This document shows positions 18,868 to 29,274 of a stretch of 64,000 nt of DNA, in pieces. Source of the stretch: Candidatus Moanibacter tarae (GTDB taxonomy: Bacteria > Verrucomicrobiota > Verrucomicrobiia > Opitutales > UBA2987). The notes below the pieces were generated by a model. That model made no database searches, was not told the DNA's origin, and was given only the letters and a program-made list of their open reading frames with translations. Each line of letters begins with the position of its first letter. Position 1 is the first letter of the stretch. The stretch lies in NCBI GenBank assembly GCA_003226295.1, contig CP029803.1, positions 166,226-230,225 on the forward strand, given 5' to 3'. Both the position numbers and the translations under genes were made by a program.

Positions 18868-20421
18868 CTAATCAACCAGACTCAGCAGCTTTTCGGTTGA
18901 GGGGGCGTCTTTAATTATTTGGTTAGGGTCGGGACCGACGCCAATATAGCGTAGATTAGGTAAAATTGGCGGAGCATCATTGTTGGGATAGGCAATCCTA
19001 AACGTTGATTGAACAAGTTTTGCAACGTAGCGTTGCGCATTCTGTGGGAGATGAGCAAAACTCCGGATGCCGCTGAGGTTCTCTTTCCAACCCGGCATCT
19101 CAATATACACTGGCTTAAGAGTTCTTTGAAGGGCAGGGTTTCGCGGGACATGGTGAAGCAGTTTCCCAGCTTGGTCTCGATAAGCCACGCAAATAAGTAA
19201 CTCGCCCCCGTCCCAGTCTCCCGAATAACTCAGTGCATCCAACTTGTTTATCATGAGGTCATTGAACCCACCGTAGCGAAGGGCATCACCCTTTTCTACA
19301 GCATCAAACCAGCCTACCATGCGCCCTCGCCCTGTGGAGGTCCCGAATTCCAGTTGTCTAAGGCGATTGCCGAGAGGATGGTTCTCAGCCATCGAAGTGA
19401 GGAAAACGTGGGTCCCAACTTTAGTATCATAGGCTTTGCAGACTCCAAAGGTGTGTACCGGTTGGAGGGGAATACCAATTGACTGAAAAAATTCTGGAGT
19501 GAAGGTGTGAGAGGCGGTAAGATTTGGGGTGAATCCCAGCCGTTTATCCAGCCAATAGGATTGGCCAAATTCTCCAATAATGTACTTGTCCTCTCCAAGA
19601 GCTTTAAGGGCAATTTCCCTTATCTCACCAACATTCTTTACGAGCTGTGTCCCTGCCTGCCAGTAGGTATCTAGAAGAAGTTCACGATTAATCTTAAAGG
19701 GCTCGGGTCCTTTAAATCGCTGGAAGTTGAATTCCTCTTCTGGAAAGACACTGCCTTTAATCGATTCGGCATTGGCTCGGATCTCGGCTTTCGAAAGGGT
19801 ATCGAAGAATCCGTCCCAGTGTTCCTCGCTTACTTGGTAGACGAACTTGATAGTTCTTTCAGCACGATCAATGCGCTCGTAGAATTTCTTCGAAAAGTTT
19901 TTTCTTGATCCCAAGAAATCGAGATAAAAAATGGGCCATTGCCCGACTTCATCTAGATAGGCTGGCGTGATGCCGCGTCCGGTCGTACCTCTTTTCTCCT
20001 GCTTGAGCATATGTACCCGGTAATTTTCGCAGGCTAGATCAAGGAGTCGATGTGTTAGATCACTGACTAGTGTGCGTTCATCAATGATAAGCCTCGAAAG
20101 GACGTCGTATCCTTGAACTTCGAGAGGATTGGATTCCCAAAGAAACTTCCTTGGATCAGCCACCACCCCGCTTCCTATTCCAAGCTTAGGCACGCTCTCG
20201 TCTACAACAGCTGCGGGAAGCAGGTTCAGTTTCAGTCCTCCTGCTGTGTGGCCCGAATTAGCACCCCCGTTTACTTTTATCACCATCGAAACCGGAGATG
20301 AGCTTCCGGAGAGATTCTTTAACTCCGAGATTACTTCGCAAATGAGACGACCCTTCCCCTCGTCTCCCATACTAATGCCTACATCGGCAATTATCCTATT
20401 AGTTATTTTCGTGAGTGCCAT
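18868..20421 (-). CDS. Adenylosuccinate synthetase-family protein, unusually long and divergent
   Basis: 517 aa. PurA-like blocks are GDEGKGR, NGGANSGHT, TTGRGITPAY and GTSTGRGRMVGWFD. There are large insertions relative to the ~430-aa canonical PurA. Confidence 0.7.
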   Translation of the reverse strand: MALTKITNRIIADVGISMGDEGKGRLICEVISELKNLSGSSSPVSMVIKVNGGANSGHTAGGLKLNLLPAAVVDESVPKLGIGSGVVADPRKFLWESNPLEVQGYDVLSRLIIDERTLVSDLTHRLLDLACENYRVHMLKQEKRGTTGRGITPAYLDEVGQWPIFYLDFLGSRKNFSKKFYERIDRAERTIKFVYQVSEEHWDGFFDTLSKAEIRANAESIKGSVFPEEEFNFQRFKGPEPFKINRELLLDTYWQAGTQLVKNVGEIREIALKALGEDKYIIGEFGQSYWLDKRLGFTPNLTASHTFTPEFFQSIGIPLQPVHTFGVCKAYDTKVGTHVFLTSMAENHPLGNRLRQLEFGTSTGRGRMVGWFDAVEKGDALRYGGFNDLMINKLDALSYSGDWDGGELLICVAYRDQAGKLLHHVPRNPALQRTLKPVYIEMPGWKENLSGIRSFAHLPQNAQRYVAKLVQSTFRIAYPNNDAPPILPNLRYIGVGPDPNQIIKDAPSTEKLLSLVD

Positions 20422-20487
20422 AAGTCTCAGATAACTTTTATACGCAGGTGCAGTTAGGCATAAATCTCCGGCAAGAGTCTGGTAGTT

Positions 20488-22119
20488 TTATTTGTGGGTC
20501 GCTTTGATTTCAACGACGTCGTGAGGAGCTGATTCAAGTTGACCGGCCGGAGTAATTCGAATGAAGCGAGCGTTATGCTTCAGTGCAGTGAGATCTTTTG
20601 CTCCGAGATATCCGAGGCCCGACTGAACTCCGCCGAGTAATCCCGCAAGTACTTCGTCAAGGGTCCCGGTTGTTTCCTTCAAGGCCTCGATGCCTTCTTC
20701 AGCGGTTTTGAGGTAACTATCTTTCTTGGAATGGCCGTATCTTGCCGCTGATCCTTTCTTCATTGCTTCAAAGCTGCCCATGCCTCGGTACTGTTTATAC
20801 AATTTACCGTCGATCTCTACCAACACACCCGGAGCTTCTCTACAGCCTGCGAAAAGCGAACCACAGATGACAGCATCCGCAAGCGTAAGGGATTTGACGA
20901 TATCACCCCCCTTGGTAATTCCACCGTCTGCCAGAATCCGAACACCGGAAAGCGCAGCCGATTTCGACGCGACGTATAGGGCCGTCAGCTGGGGGATTCC
21001 GACCCCGGCGACGAGACGGGTGGTGCAAATAGATCCGGGCCCTTGACCAACTTTTATGGCATCGGCTCCACATCCTGAAAGGAACTCAACTGCTGCCGCT
21101 GTAGTCACGTTACCTGCCATTATAGTTAGGTTGCAAAATTGATCACGGAGTAGCTTGACTAGTTGGCCGACTCCTTGTGTGTGCCCGTGAGCTGTCGATA
21201 CGACCACAGCGTCGATCCCTATATCGACTAAACAACCAATGTGGTTGACGATCCGGTCACGCTCCTTGGAGGTTTTAGGGGAACGGGAAGCGGGGACGGC
21301 GGCTCCACAAATTAACCGAAACTTCGAGTCTCGAGCAGATTTGAATCGAGCCCGACTTTCATCTATGATGCTTTCGATATCTTTCAGCGTAAAAAGTCCT
21401 CGAAGGTGGTCTTCCCTGTTTACCACTGGAAGCTTATTTATACCGACGTGATTATTGAAGAATTTGTCGGCTTCCCCAATTGGGTCTTCTCCTATTACTT
21501 CTTCCTGGATTGTTACAACCTGATCTCTCGGGGTCATAGTCTCTGCAACAGTTTTATGTCGAAAACGCGTTTTGAGAGTGTTCCCTGCGAGAAGCCCGAT
21601 GAGCTTCCCTTCAGAATCAACCACGGGGAAAGTGCTGAACTCAAAGCGCGACTTTAGATTTTGTTCCAAGATGTCGCCAATAAGCTGATTTGCAGTCACC
21701 TTAATAGGTTCCTGAATCAGGCCGTGGATATGATGTTTTACCTGGGCAACTTCTTTGGCTTGTTGGGAGTCACTCATGTTTTGGTGGATGATTCCCATGC
21801 CGCCGTTTAGTGCCATTGCTATGGCCATTTTAGACTCCGTTACAGTGTCCATATCAGCTGAGATGATAGGAATGTGAAGAGTAAGCCTGTCAGAGATCTT
21901 AGTTTCGAGTAAGGTTTCCCTAGGAAGAACTTCAGAATAGTGGGAGGCCAAAGAAACATCATCATATGTTAGCCCAGTGGGTAGGCTCTCCTCGAAGAAT
22001 GAAGTTGCATCCAAATAGAAACGATCGTCGATCATATTTGACTGATTAACGATTTCTCCGACTTTTTCGGGCAGGTTCATTTTAGGAGTAATATTATTGT
22101 TCTTAAAGAGAAATGGCAA
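20488..22119 (-). CDS. guaB: IMP dehydrogenase with a CBS pair
   Basis: 543 aa. It has GLTYDDVSL, the catalytic loop [23 protein letters not shown] and EGIEA. The N-terminal extension suggests the true start could be downstream. Confidence 0.9.
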   Translation of the reverse strand: MPFLFKNNNITPKMNLPEKVGEIVNQSNMIDDRFYLDATSFFEESLPTGLTYDDVSLASHYSEVLPRETLLETKISDRLTLHIPIISADMDTVTESKMAIAMALNGGMGIIHQNMSDSQQAKEVAQVKHHIHGLIQEPIKVTANQLIGDILEQNLKSRFEFSTFPVVDSEGKLIGLLAGNTLKTRFRHKTVAETMTPRDQVVTIQEEVIGEDPIGEADKFFNNHVGINKLPVVNREDHLRGLFTLKDIESIIDESRARFKSARDSKFRLICGAAVPASRSPKTSKERDRIVNHIGCLVDIGIDAVVVSTAHGHTQGVGQLVKLLRDQFCNLTIMAGNVTTAAAVEFLSGCGADAIKVGQGPGSICTTRLVAGVGIPQLTALYVASKSAALSGVRILADGGITKGGDIVKSLTLADAVICGSLFAGCREAPGVLVEIDGKLYKQYRGMGSFEAMKKGSAARYGHSKKDSYLKTAEEGIEALKETTGTLDEVLAGLLGGVQSGLGYLGAKDLTALKHNARFIRITPAGQLESAPHDVVEIKATHK

Positions 22120-22197
22120 TTAGGTCCATTGTGATGATTGGGATAGAACTTATGCAGATATGAACAGAGAGGGGATGTTTCTCATATTCTACTCTCG

Positions 22198-23601
22198 GTG
22201 AGGCAAGAATATCCTCGACGAATTTTGAATCAAGGAGAAAAACTTTCAGGAAAAATGGGGCTAAATTGGAAAGAGCTGAAGCCTCGGTTATCAGAATGGG
22301 GCGTATTTCATAATAGACCCGTGGGCTGTGTAGAATTAAAGGAAGCAGCGGCAGGGGAGCGGGTTTTGATTACAGAGCGTGAACCCAAGGCATTTCTTGT
22401 TGCTTTTTTTACGGCCCTTACAAGGGGGTGTGAAATTTTTCTCGCTTCTCCTGATTGGAACCGGAGACGCTTTGAGTACCTTCTTAGACTGATTCGCCCC
22501 CACTATATTCAAGGTCCCCGCCCTTTCCAGGTTCCTCATGAGGTTCGGGAAATGATTGGGAAAAGACTAGACCAGCCTGCTGTGATGATTCCAACGGGCG
22601 GTACAACTGGAGAGATTCGTTACACAATTCATACTTGGGAAACGCTTTGTGTGGCGGCAAGGAGTTTTAACAGTTTCCACGGAGGGGAAGCAATCAACTC
22701 TTGCTGTATGTTGCCGCTCTACCACGTTAGCGGGCTTATGCAGGTAGTGCGTTCTTTGGTGAGCGGTGGAAGGATCCAGTTCCTAGACTACCACTCCATA
22801 CTGAGGTGCGAATTTCCGGAAATCAGCCCGGAAGGGCAGTTCATTTCACTGGTTCCGACGCAGTTGATCCGCCTAATGCGTGATGAACTCATTCTTGATT
22901 GGTTGCGTCAGTTTAGTTGCATATTGCTCGGCGGGAGCCCAGCCAAAGAAAAACTTCTCCAGGCGGCCCGCGATGAGGAACTACCGCTTTCACCGTGTTA
23001 CGGGCTTACAGAGTCTGGGGCGCTAGTAACTATGCTAGAAAGGAAGGATTTCCTAGCGGGTGAAATTGGTGTTGGTCGTTCTCTTCCTCATGCTCAGGTC
23101 TTTATCAGAGAGCCAACCGGTTTGCCTGCAAGGCCTGGAACGATTGGAAGAATCATCATTAAATCAGATGCTCTTTTCCAAGGATACTATCCTGAAGTCA
23201 CTGATTTTTCCGAAGATGGTTTTGCTACCGAGGACGAGGGTTACTTTGACGAAAACGGATTTCTCCACATCGTTCGGAGACTGGACAAGGCGATTAACAC
23301 GGGGGGTGAAAAGGTCAATCCTGACCATGTGGAAAAGGTCCTGATGGAGACTGGACAATTTTCGGAAGTGTTGGTCACCGGTGCTCCGGATCCGGAGTGG
23401 GGAGAGCAAGTTGTAGCAATATATGTTCCGAGGGTGCCTTCGGAGAAACCAGCACAAAGCGTTGTGCGGAATGCGATGGGATTAAATCTCAATGCTCACG
23501 AGATCCCCAAGCAATGGATTAAATTATCAGAGATCCCGGTCAATTCATTGGGAAAACCAGATATTGACGAGATATTGAAAGATGATGGATCTTACGGGTA
23601 A
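22198..23601 (+). CDS. AMP-dependent synthetase/ligase (ANL superfamily; o-succinylbenzoate-CoA ligase-like)
   Basis: 467 aa. It has the P-loop-like IPTGGTTGEIR, YGLTES and GGEKVNP. Confidence 0.7.
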   Translation: MRQEYPRRILNQGEKLSGKMGLNWKELKPRLSEWGVFHNRPVGCVELKEAAAGERVLITEREPKAFLVAFFTALTRGCEIFLASPDWNRRRFEYLLRLIRPHYIQGPRPFQVPHEVREMIGKRLDQPAVMIPTGGTTGEIRYTIHTWETLCVAARSFNSFHGGEAINSCCMLPLYHVSGLMQVVRSLVSGGRIQFLDYHSILRCEFPEISPEGQFISLVPTQLIRLMRDELILDWLRQFSCILLGGSPAKEKLLQAARDEELPLSPCYGLTESGALVTMLERKDFLAGEIGVGRSLPHAQVFIREPTGLPARPGTIGRIIIKSDALFQGYYPEVTDFSEDGFATEDEGYFDENGFLHIVRRLDKAINTGGEKVNPDHVEKVLMETGQFSEVLVTGAPDPEWGEQVVAIYVPRVPSEKPAQSVVRNAMGLNLNAHEIPKQWIKLSEIPVNSLGKPDIDEILKDDGSYG

Positions 23602-23770
23602 AGAATCTTTCTGATCCCTATCTTGGTGGATAAAGAGGTGGGTGGTTATAGGCTATGCGTCTTTAGTGTTTGTTGCTAAATGAAAGGCAGAGGATATATG
23701 ATCGATTTCCCTTTTCCCAAGATTTGATCTTGCTTGATTTTAGTTTCTACAAGATTATGGCCATTCGGAA

Positions 23771-24154
23771 ATGAAACTAAAGGCCCTTTCCCTACTGTTA
23801 ACTATAGCACTGTTCTTTTCAGCGAACGGGCACTTTGTGTTTCTACAGGGTGTTGCTTGGGGAACTATGGCAAAGCAGTTTTATTCTGATACAGAATCGC
23901 TATCATCTGTTCTTGATAAGACTTTTAGCGGTGAGTTCCCGTGCCGGATTTGTCAATCCATCGAGGCTTCTATGGAGGCGCAAGACGAAGGAAATAAGAC
24001 ATCAGAGATTTCCCCAAAAAGTCTAAATCACTTAATCCCGTTCTTTCCTCCGCCTACCTCGCTTGTTTGGGCAAAGGGGTGCCCGTTTTCTGAGGAGGTC
24101 CTCCTTCTCGATGAATCTATTCCTCTTGTCGGTTCGCCGCCTCCTAGAGTTTAG
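23771..24154 (+). CDS. Small secreted hypothetical protein with a CxxC motif
   Basis: 127 aa. It has a signal peptide (MKLKALSLLLTIALFFSANG), HFVFLQGVAWGTM, and PCRIC. It lies directly upstream of the TonB-dependent receptor. Confidence 0.5.
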   Translation: MKLKALSLLLTIALFFSANGHFVFLQGVAWGTMAKQFYSDTESLSSVLDKTFSGEFPCRICQSIEASMEAQDEGNKTSEISPKSLNHLIPFFPPPTSLVWAKGCPFSEEVLLLDESIPLVGSPPPRV

Positions 24155-24183
24155 AGTGACCTAGTCCCTAAACGGAACGAATA

Positions 24184-24221
24184 CCCTATCGGAAGGTATT
24201 AGGATAGGGCATCTTCGTTTT
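24184..24221 (+). terminator. Candidate intrinsic terminator after the small CxxC gene
   Basis: The 7-bp stem ccctatc/gataggg has a 12-nt loop and is followed by catcttcgtttt. A second small hairpin, ggatgt/acatcc, follows at 24223..24240. Confidence 0.35.
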
Positions 24222-24502
24222 CCGGATGTATCTTCACATCCTGAAAGAATCCCGATTTCCATTTGCGAATCTTGGTTTGGATGGGAAGGCAATCAAAACC
24301 ACATTTTATGGAATCGGTAGCTGATCTTTGGATTTAAATGAAGCTTCGGATTCCTTTGCTAAAACTTTTCTCAACCATGAATAGAAATTTTAATTTTGAT
24401 GGTAAAAATAGAGATGTAGAGAAATCTAAGGAAATTAAATCTATGTTAGGGGCGCTGCGTATATTTACCACAGCTTGGCGTACCGAAGTTAAGGGTATTG
24501 AA

Positions 24503-26746
24503 ATGCAATTACTTCCTCGAGAATCACAATGGGAGAAGTATTGGGGTGTACTATCACTGACCTGCGCCTTCTTGTTTTCTCTGAATCTTTCGAATGCTCA
24601 ATCGGAACCAGATTTGGGAAAAGAGGTTCCCGAACTAGCCAACTTTGCGGCGTATTACGGATCGCAGGAATCAATCAATCGAACATCTGTTTCACCGCTA
24701 GGTGAGTTGGGTACTGCTCCCGACCTGGCTGGAATGATGAGGTGGATTCCGGGTGCGACGCTGGTCAACAATGGCCCCATTAGCGGCCAAGCGCAGTATC
24801 GTGGTTTGTTTGGTCCAAGGGTGAATATTCTCTTAGAAGGCGTTTATGTCAATCCGGGAGGACCAAATTGGATGGATCCACCCCTCCACTACATGCCTCG
24901 AAATTTGACCGAATCGCTTGAGGTCATACAAGGCGTAGCACCAGTTAGTGTGGGGATGGAGGTGATAGGTGGCAGCGTTTCAGGGAAGTATTATTCCATT
25001 CCTTATTCTGGGGAGAAAAGGTTTCAGAAACATGGTCGGACGGAATTGGTAAGGAGGAGTGTTGATGGAGGAACTTCTGCTGCTCTAATCGCAGGAATAA
25101 GCAACAATGTTCATCGAATTCAATTTAGTTCGGGCTACGATGAAGGAGACAACTATAAATTTCCCGGTGGTGTTCTCAGACATTCATCATATAAGCGGGA
25201 AACCCATCGAGGATCCTACGATTGGAAGAAAGGTGAACAACAATTTTCCTTCGCTTTGCACCACACAGCGACCGGTGATTCTGGTAATCCTTCACTTCCT
25301 ATGGACATCAAATTTGTTAATACCGACATTTATTCTGCTCGTTATGAAGGCCAATGGTCAAATTTTGGGGTTCAGGCCAAGATTCATTACTCCGAAGTGG
25401 ATCATTGGATGAGCAACTATACGTTGCGATCACCTCCAGATTTCAATGTATTTGATCCACCGCAGCTATTAGTCCCCCTTGTCATGGCCTTCGATGGAGA
25501 AGATCGTCGGGATGTTTCGGCGCAGAGTAGTGGACTTGGATACGCGGCTTTAGTTGGGTTTCCCATGTTTACGGGAACGCTTTCAATCGGAGGGAGTGGC
25601 CACCTTTCATCATACAATGTGCTGATTAATGACCCTGATTCAGCTTTTTTCGTTAGGAATTTCAATGATGTGATAAGGGACCGTTACGGCTTCACCTTGG
25701 AGTGGAAAGGAGCGATTGGAGAATCAACTCAATTGGATTTTGGAGTTCTATGGGGCCGAGTAGTAATGGCTGCAGGTCCCGTATCCCTCCCGCCCTTACT
25801 CAGCACTAGTGCAGTATACTCTATGTCTGCACCTGTGATCTTGCAGAATCGATTTAATGGAGCTGATCGAACACGAAGCGATAATCATTACAATTTCTCC
25901 CTAAATCTGGACCACGAATTGAATCGGAGTATGGCGGTTTCGTTAGGCATCGGTAGAAAAACCCGATCGGCTTCGCATATTGAACGTTATAGTTGGCTTC
26001 CAATCGAAGCGACTGCCGGTCTCTCCGACTTTAATAACTATGTAGGTGACTTTGACCTTAATCCAGAGATTGCACACGAGGTAGATTTGGCTTTTCACTT
26101 GGGAATACCTGATCGGACACGATTCTCAGTCCGCTTTTTCTTTAGGGATATCGAAGATTTTATTCAGGGATCCCCTTTTGATCCGATCACTATTGGCCCA
26201 CCTTTTGATAAGCCGGTAGAGATAGTGAGTGCACTCAATGGGGATCCGACTCCGATGAAATTCACTAATACTAATGCTGAGATGTACGGTTTTGATCTCT
26301 CCGGAGAATGGCGCATAGCCTCAGCTTGGACTGTCTCGTTCCTCGCTTCTTGTGTTCGAGGCAACAGAACCGATATCGACGATAATCTCTATCGTATCGC
26401 ACCCCCCAATGCTTCAATCGCCATGAAATATGGTTCAGAAAAAATTTTCTTGACCGTGGAGGGGGTGGGTTTTGGCAGGGGTAGACACTTGTCAAAGAAA
26501 ATTGTCTTAAATGAGGTACGCTCCAGCAACAGTAATACCTCGGGATATGCGCTTCTGAATCTTTTGGGAGTGTGGCACCTTAATGAGCACATTTCTTTCG
26601 TGCTGGGAGTCGAGAACGTGTTCAATAGGCTTTATGCCGAACATCTAAGTGGATTCAATCGTGTCCGAATCAGTGATGTGCCAGTTGGAGAGCGAATTAG
26701 CGGACCAGGACGCAACATTTCTGTTCAGGTAGGCTTTGAATGGTGA
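24503..26746 (+). CDS. TonB-dependent outer-membrane receptor
   Basis: The ORF is open from 24338. The ATG at 24503 is preceded by AAGGG and yields a signal peptide ending SNAQ. A plug domain and long beta-barrel repeats are present, and the C-terminal aromatic residue (GFEW) is typical of TBDRs. Confidence 0.85.
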   Translation: MQLLPRESQWEKYWGVLSLTCAFLFSLNLSNAQSEPDLGKEVPELANFAAYYGSQESINRTSVSPLGELGTAPDLAGMMRWIPGATLVNNGPISGQAQYRGLFGPRVNILLEGVYVNPGGPNWMDPPLHYMPRNLTESLEVIQGVAPVSVGMEVIGGSVSGKYYSIPYSGEKRFQKHGRTELVRRSVDGGTSAALIAGISNNVHRIQFSSGYDEGDNYKFPGGVLRHSSYKRETHRGSYDWKKGEQQFSFALHHTATGDSGNPSLPMDIKFVNTDIYSARYEGQWSNFGVQAKIHYSEVDHWMSNYTLRSPPDFNVFDPPQLLVPLVMAFDGEDRRDVSAQSSGLGYAALVGFPMFTGTLSIGGSGHLSSYNVLINDPDSAFFVRNFNDVIRDRYGFTLEWKGAIGESTQLDFGVLWGRVVMAAGPVSLPPLLSTSAVYSMSAPVILQNRFNGADRTRSDNHYNFSLNLDHELNRSMAVSLGIGRKTRSASHIERYSWLPIEATAGLSDFNNYVGDFDLNPEIAHEVDLAFHLGIPDRTRFSVRFFFRDIEDFIQGSPFDPITIGPPFDKPVEIVSALNGDPTPMKFTNTNAEMYGFDLSGEWRIASAWTVSFLASCVRGNRTDIDDNLYRIAPPNASIAMKYGSEKIFLTVEGVGFGRGRHLSKKIVLNEVRSSNSNTSGYALLNLLGVWHLNEHISFVLGVENVFNRLYAEHLSGFNRVRISDVPVGERISGPGRNISVQVGFEW

Positions 26747-26852
26747 AAATTCACCGCTCTGATTATTTTAGCTTCCCGAACAAGGTTCTAACCATATCGC
26801 CTTCCACTACTCCTCAATACAATCTAGATCTTATTGGCCAGATCTACCAATT

Positions 26853-28352
26853 TTAAAGATCCATTGCTATCTCGATATCAGGATCGAGTTGGGGTGGAGT
26901 TGAGAGAAACGAAATTGTAAGAAATAGAATCATGGAAACAAGTAGAGAGATGGCGCCTGGGTCGATGCGATAGGGAATTGTGAAGTCTCCCAGAAGGCTA
27001 GCAATTCGAATCAGGAAATTAGTAAGTAGACTGGAAATAATAGCGACATTGGCAGCGGTTGCTGTGGCTCTTTTCCAGTTGAATCCTATAGCCACGACTG
27101 GAACAAGGGCAGCTGCAAAGATTCCCCATCCGATCAGCCCAAGCAAAGCAACGAGGTCCTGACCAGAATAGAGAGCGACAAGAGCTGCGGAAAAGGCGAT
27201 AAGCACAGTTACGATACGTGCGCCCAGAAGTTCGTTTTCAAAGGATTTATTGAAAAGTGAACGCGGAATATCGTGGATAACGGCTGCAGTGCCGACATTG
27301 AGGAATCCATCAGCAGTTGACATGATAGCAGCAAATAATCCAGCGAAGACGATCCCAGCGAGAATAGGATGAGCATAAAATTGAAGAAACTGTGGCGCAG
27401 CGTGATCGGCCGACTGGATTTCCGGGTGGGCCCCAGTTAGAACCAGGGCCCGCATTACCAGCCCGATACTGATCCAGAGGAGGGCGCAGATTGAGAAGCC
27501 GACGAAGGTGACAGTTAGAATATGCTTCATGTCTTGTAATCGGCGGCACATCATGAATTTCGTTACGAGATGAGGCTGTCCAGCGTTTCCTAAGACGAAA
27601 AGAAAGATCCAGGAAATGCAGGCCATCATTCCGAGGGTACCCCAGGGCCCAATAGCTTCTAGATCATCTGCCATAATGGTCGTTGCTATTCCCGCCATGC
27701 CCCCTTCAAAGGCGGTGATTGCGGAAAAGAAAACGAGTATGGAAGCAACTGCCATTACGGAGCCTTGCCATACATCTGTGTAAACTGAGGCAAGAATTCC
27801 TCCGGAAACGCAGTAGAAGACGAGCACGAAACAAGATATGGCGACACACCACTCGATACTGAGCGATCCAATAGATTCGGTGTTGGCGAAGAGGTCCCGA
27901 AGTACCTCAGCCATTGCTAGGATTTGTGCCGCGAGGTAGCCAACCACTCCAATTAGAATGATAATGGCGGCAAGAAAGCGGGTCGTCTCGCTACTGTATC
28001 GAGCAGCAACGAGATCAGGAAGAGAGACAGATTCGAAAAGTTCGGCAAAATAACGCAGTCTTTTACCGACAATGTAGAAAGAAAAACTGTATCCCAAGGC
28101 GGAGATGACAATCAGCCAGATGGAGCTCATGCCCATCCGATAAACTAGCCCTGGCCCTCCTATAAATCCAAAACCACTCAGACTGCTTGAAAAAACGGCC
28201 AACCCAAGGACAAAGACCCCCAAGTTACGTCCAGCCATAAAGAAATCGCTCGTGGAGCGTGTCCTTTTCATAGCCCAGGCCCCAATAGCGACGCAGAAAA
28301 GCATGTAAATCCCAATACAGGTAAGGATTATGAGACTGCGGTTATACTCCAT
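26853..28352 (-). CDS. Sodium:solute symporter (SSF/SSS family)
   Basis: 499 aa with about 13 transmembrane helices. It has typical SSS N-terminal blocks (DFFMAGRNLG). Confidence 0.85.
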   Translation of the reverse strand: MEYNRSLIILTCIGIYMLFCVAIGAWAMKRTRSTSDFFMAGRNLGVFVLGLAVFSSSLSGFGFIGGPGLVYRMGMSSIWLIVISALGYSFSFYIVGKRLRYFAELFESVSLPDLVAARYSSETTRFLAAIIILIGVVGYLAAQILAMAEVLRDLFANTESIGSLSIEWCVAISCFVLVFYCVSGGILASVYTDVWQGSVMAVASILVFFSAITAFEGGMAGIATTIMADDLEAIGPWGTLGMMACISWIFLFVLGNAGQPHLVTKFMMCRRLQDMKHILTVTFVGFSICALLWISIGLVMRALVLTGAHPEIQSADHAAPQFLQFYAHPILAGIVFAGLFAAIMSTADGFLNVGTAAVIHDIPRSLFNKSFENELLGARIVTVLIAFSAALVALYSGQDLVALLGLIGWGIFAAALVPVVAIGFNWKRATATAANVAIISSLLTNFLIRIASLLGDFTIPYRIDPGAISLLVSMILFLTISFLSTPPQLDPDIEIAMDL

Positions 28353-28362
28353 ATCATTGCCC

Positions 28363-28884
28363 TTAATCGCCTTTGCGGCGTCGATTGAGGGTTTCTTTGA
28401 ATCTTTCTAGGTCTTGCGAAGTTACGATGTAACGGTCAAATCCCCAAACGTAGAGAACTATGAAGTAGACTGGCATTGGCCAGAGGGCGAAGAGCATAAT
28501 CGCAGTAGGTAAGGGAAATCCGAAGAGCTGTGGTGTCTCATCCCCTTGGATGTAACTAAAGTAGGTTAGAAATAGGACGGAAAAAAGCACTCCATAGATG
28601 ATCCCTCCTATGGTCAGATAAGTTCGTAATGGGCCGACTTTCTCTTTGCGTTGGAGTCCAAGAGCAAATCCCGTTACAATGGTACCAACTACAAGAAGTC
28701 CAAGGAGCCATCCGAATAGAAGCACGCTTCCGTGTCGTTCCAGCCCTGATCCACCACTATGTATGGTAGAGAATACTTCGTGAGCTTGTCCGTGATTATT
28801 TGGGGATTCAGGGATAGCGACGATAGCACCGCTGACTAGGGCAATGCTCAGAAGGAGAAGCAGAAGTAGGGAGGTTGTTTTCAC
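28363..28884 (-). CDS. Membrane protein, possible accessory subunit of the downstream symporter
   Basis: 173 aa with a signal peptide plus about 4 transmembrane helices. It ends 10 nt upstream of the SSS gene on the same strand. I recognise no family. Confidence 0.45.
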   Translation of the reverse strand: MKTTSLLLLLLLSIALVSGAIVAIPESPNNHGQAHEVFSTIHSGGSGLERHGSVLLFGWLLGLLVVGTIVTGFALGLQRKEKVGPLRTYLTIGGIIYGVLFSVLFLTYFSYIQGDETPQLFGFPLPTAIMLFALWPMPVYFIVLYVWGFDRYIVTSQDLERFKETLNRRRKGD

Positions 28885-29274
28885 GAACTATTGAAAGGGG
28901 GTACTGTAAATTGCTGGCATCATTTAAATTCAACGTAGGCTTTTGTAGAAGAGGAGGGGAGTTATAATGAGTTTTGAAGACGATTTAAAGTCCGGGGGAG
29001 GGTGCCTAGCTGGATTTATTGTAATTGGCAGATACATGGAGTAGATCAATGGGAAAATAGCGGGAATAAAGTAGTACATGCAACGACTCCATAATTTTTC
29101 CAGGAATTTCGGATAGCATACTATCTATGAATTTCTCGATTTGCTTTAGAGTTTCCCATCTACTCTTCGGCCTTGTCTTCGGTTTCCTCTTGGTTTTGAA
29201 TCTTTAATTTAACTATAGGACCGGAAGGCATACGACTAAGACTATCTGTATTCCCCCTGCGTCCAAAGAATATT

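Noticed and set aside
24155-24502. A possible cobalamin or other riboswitch upstream of the TonB-dependent receptor
   Set aside because: I could find no B12-box or other riboswitch core sequence. I report the region only as an unusually long leader with two hairpins.
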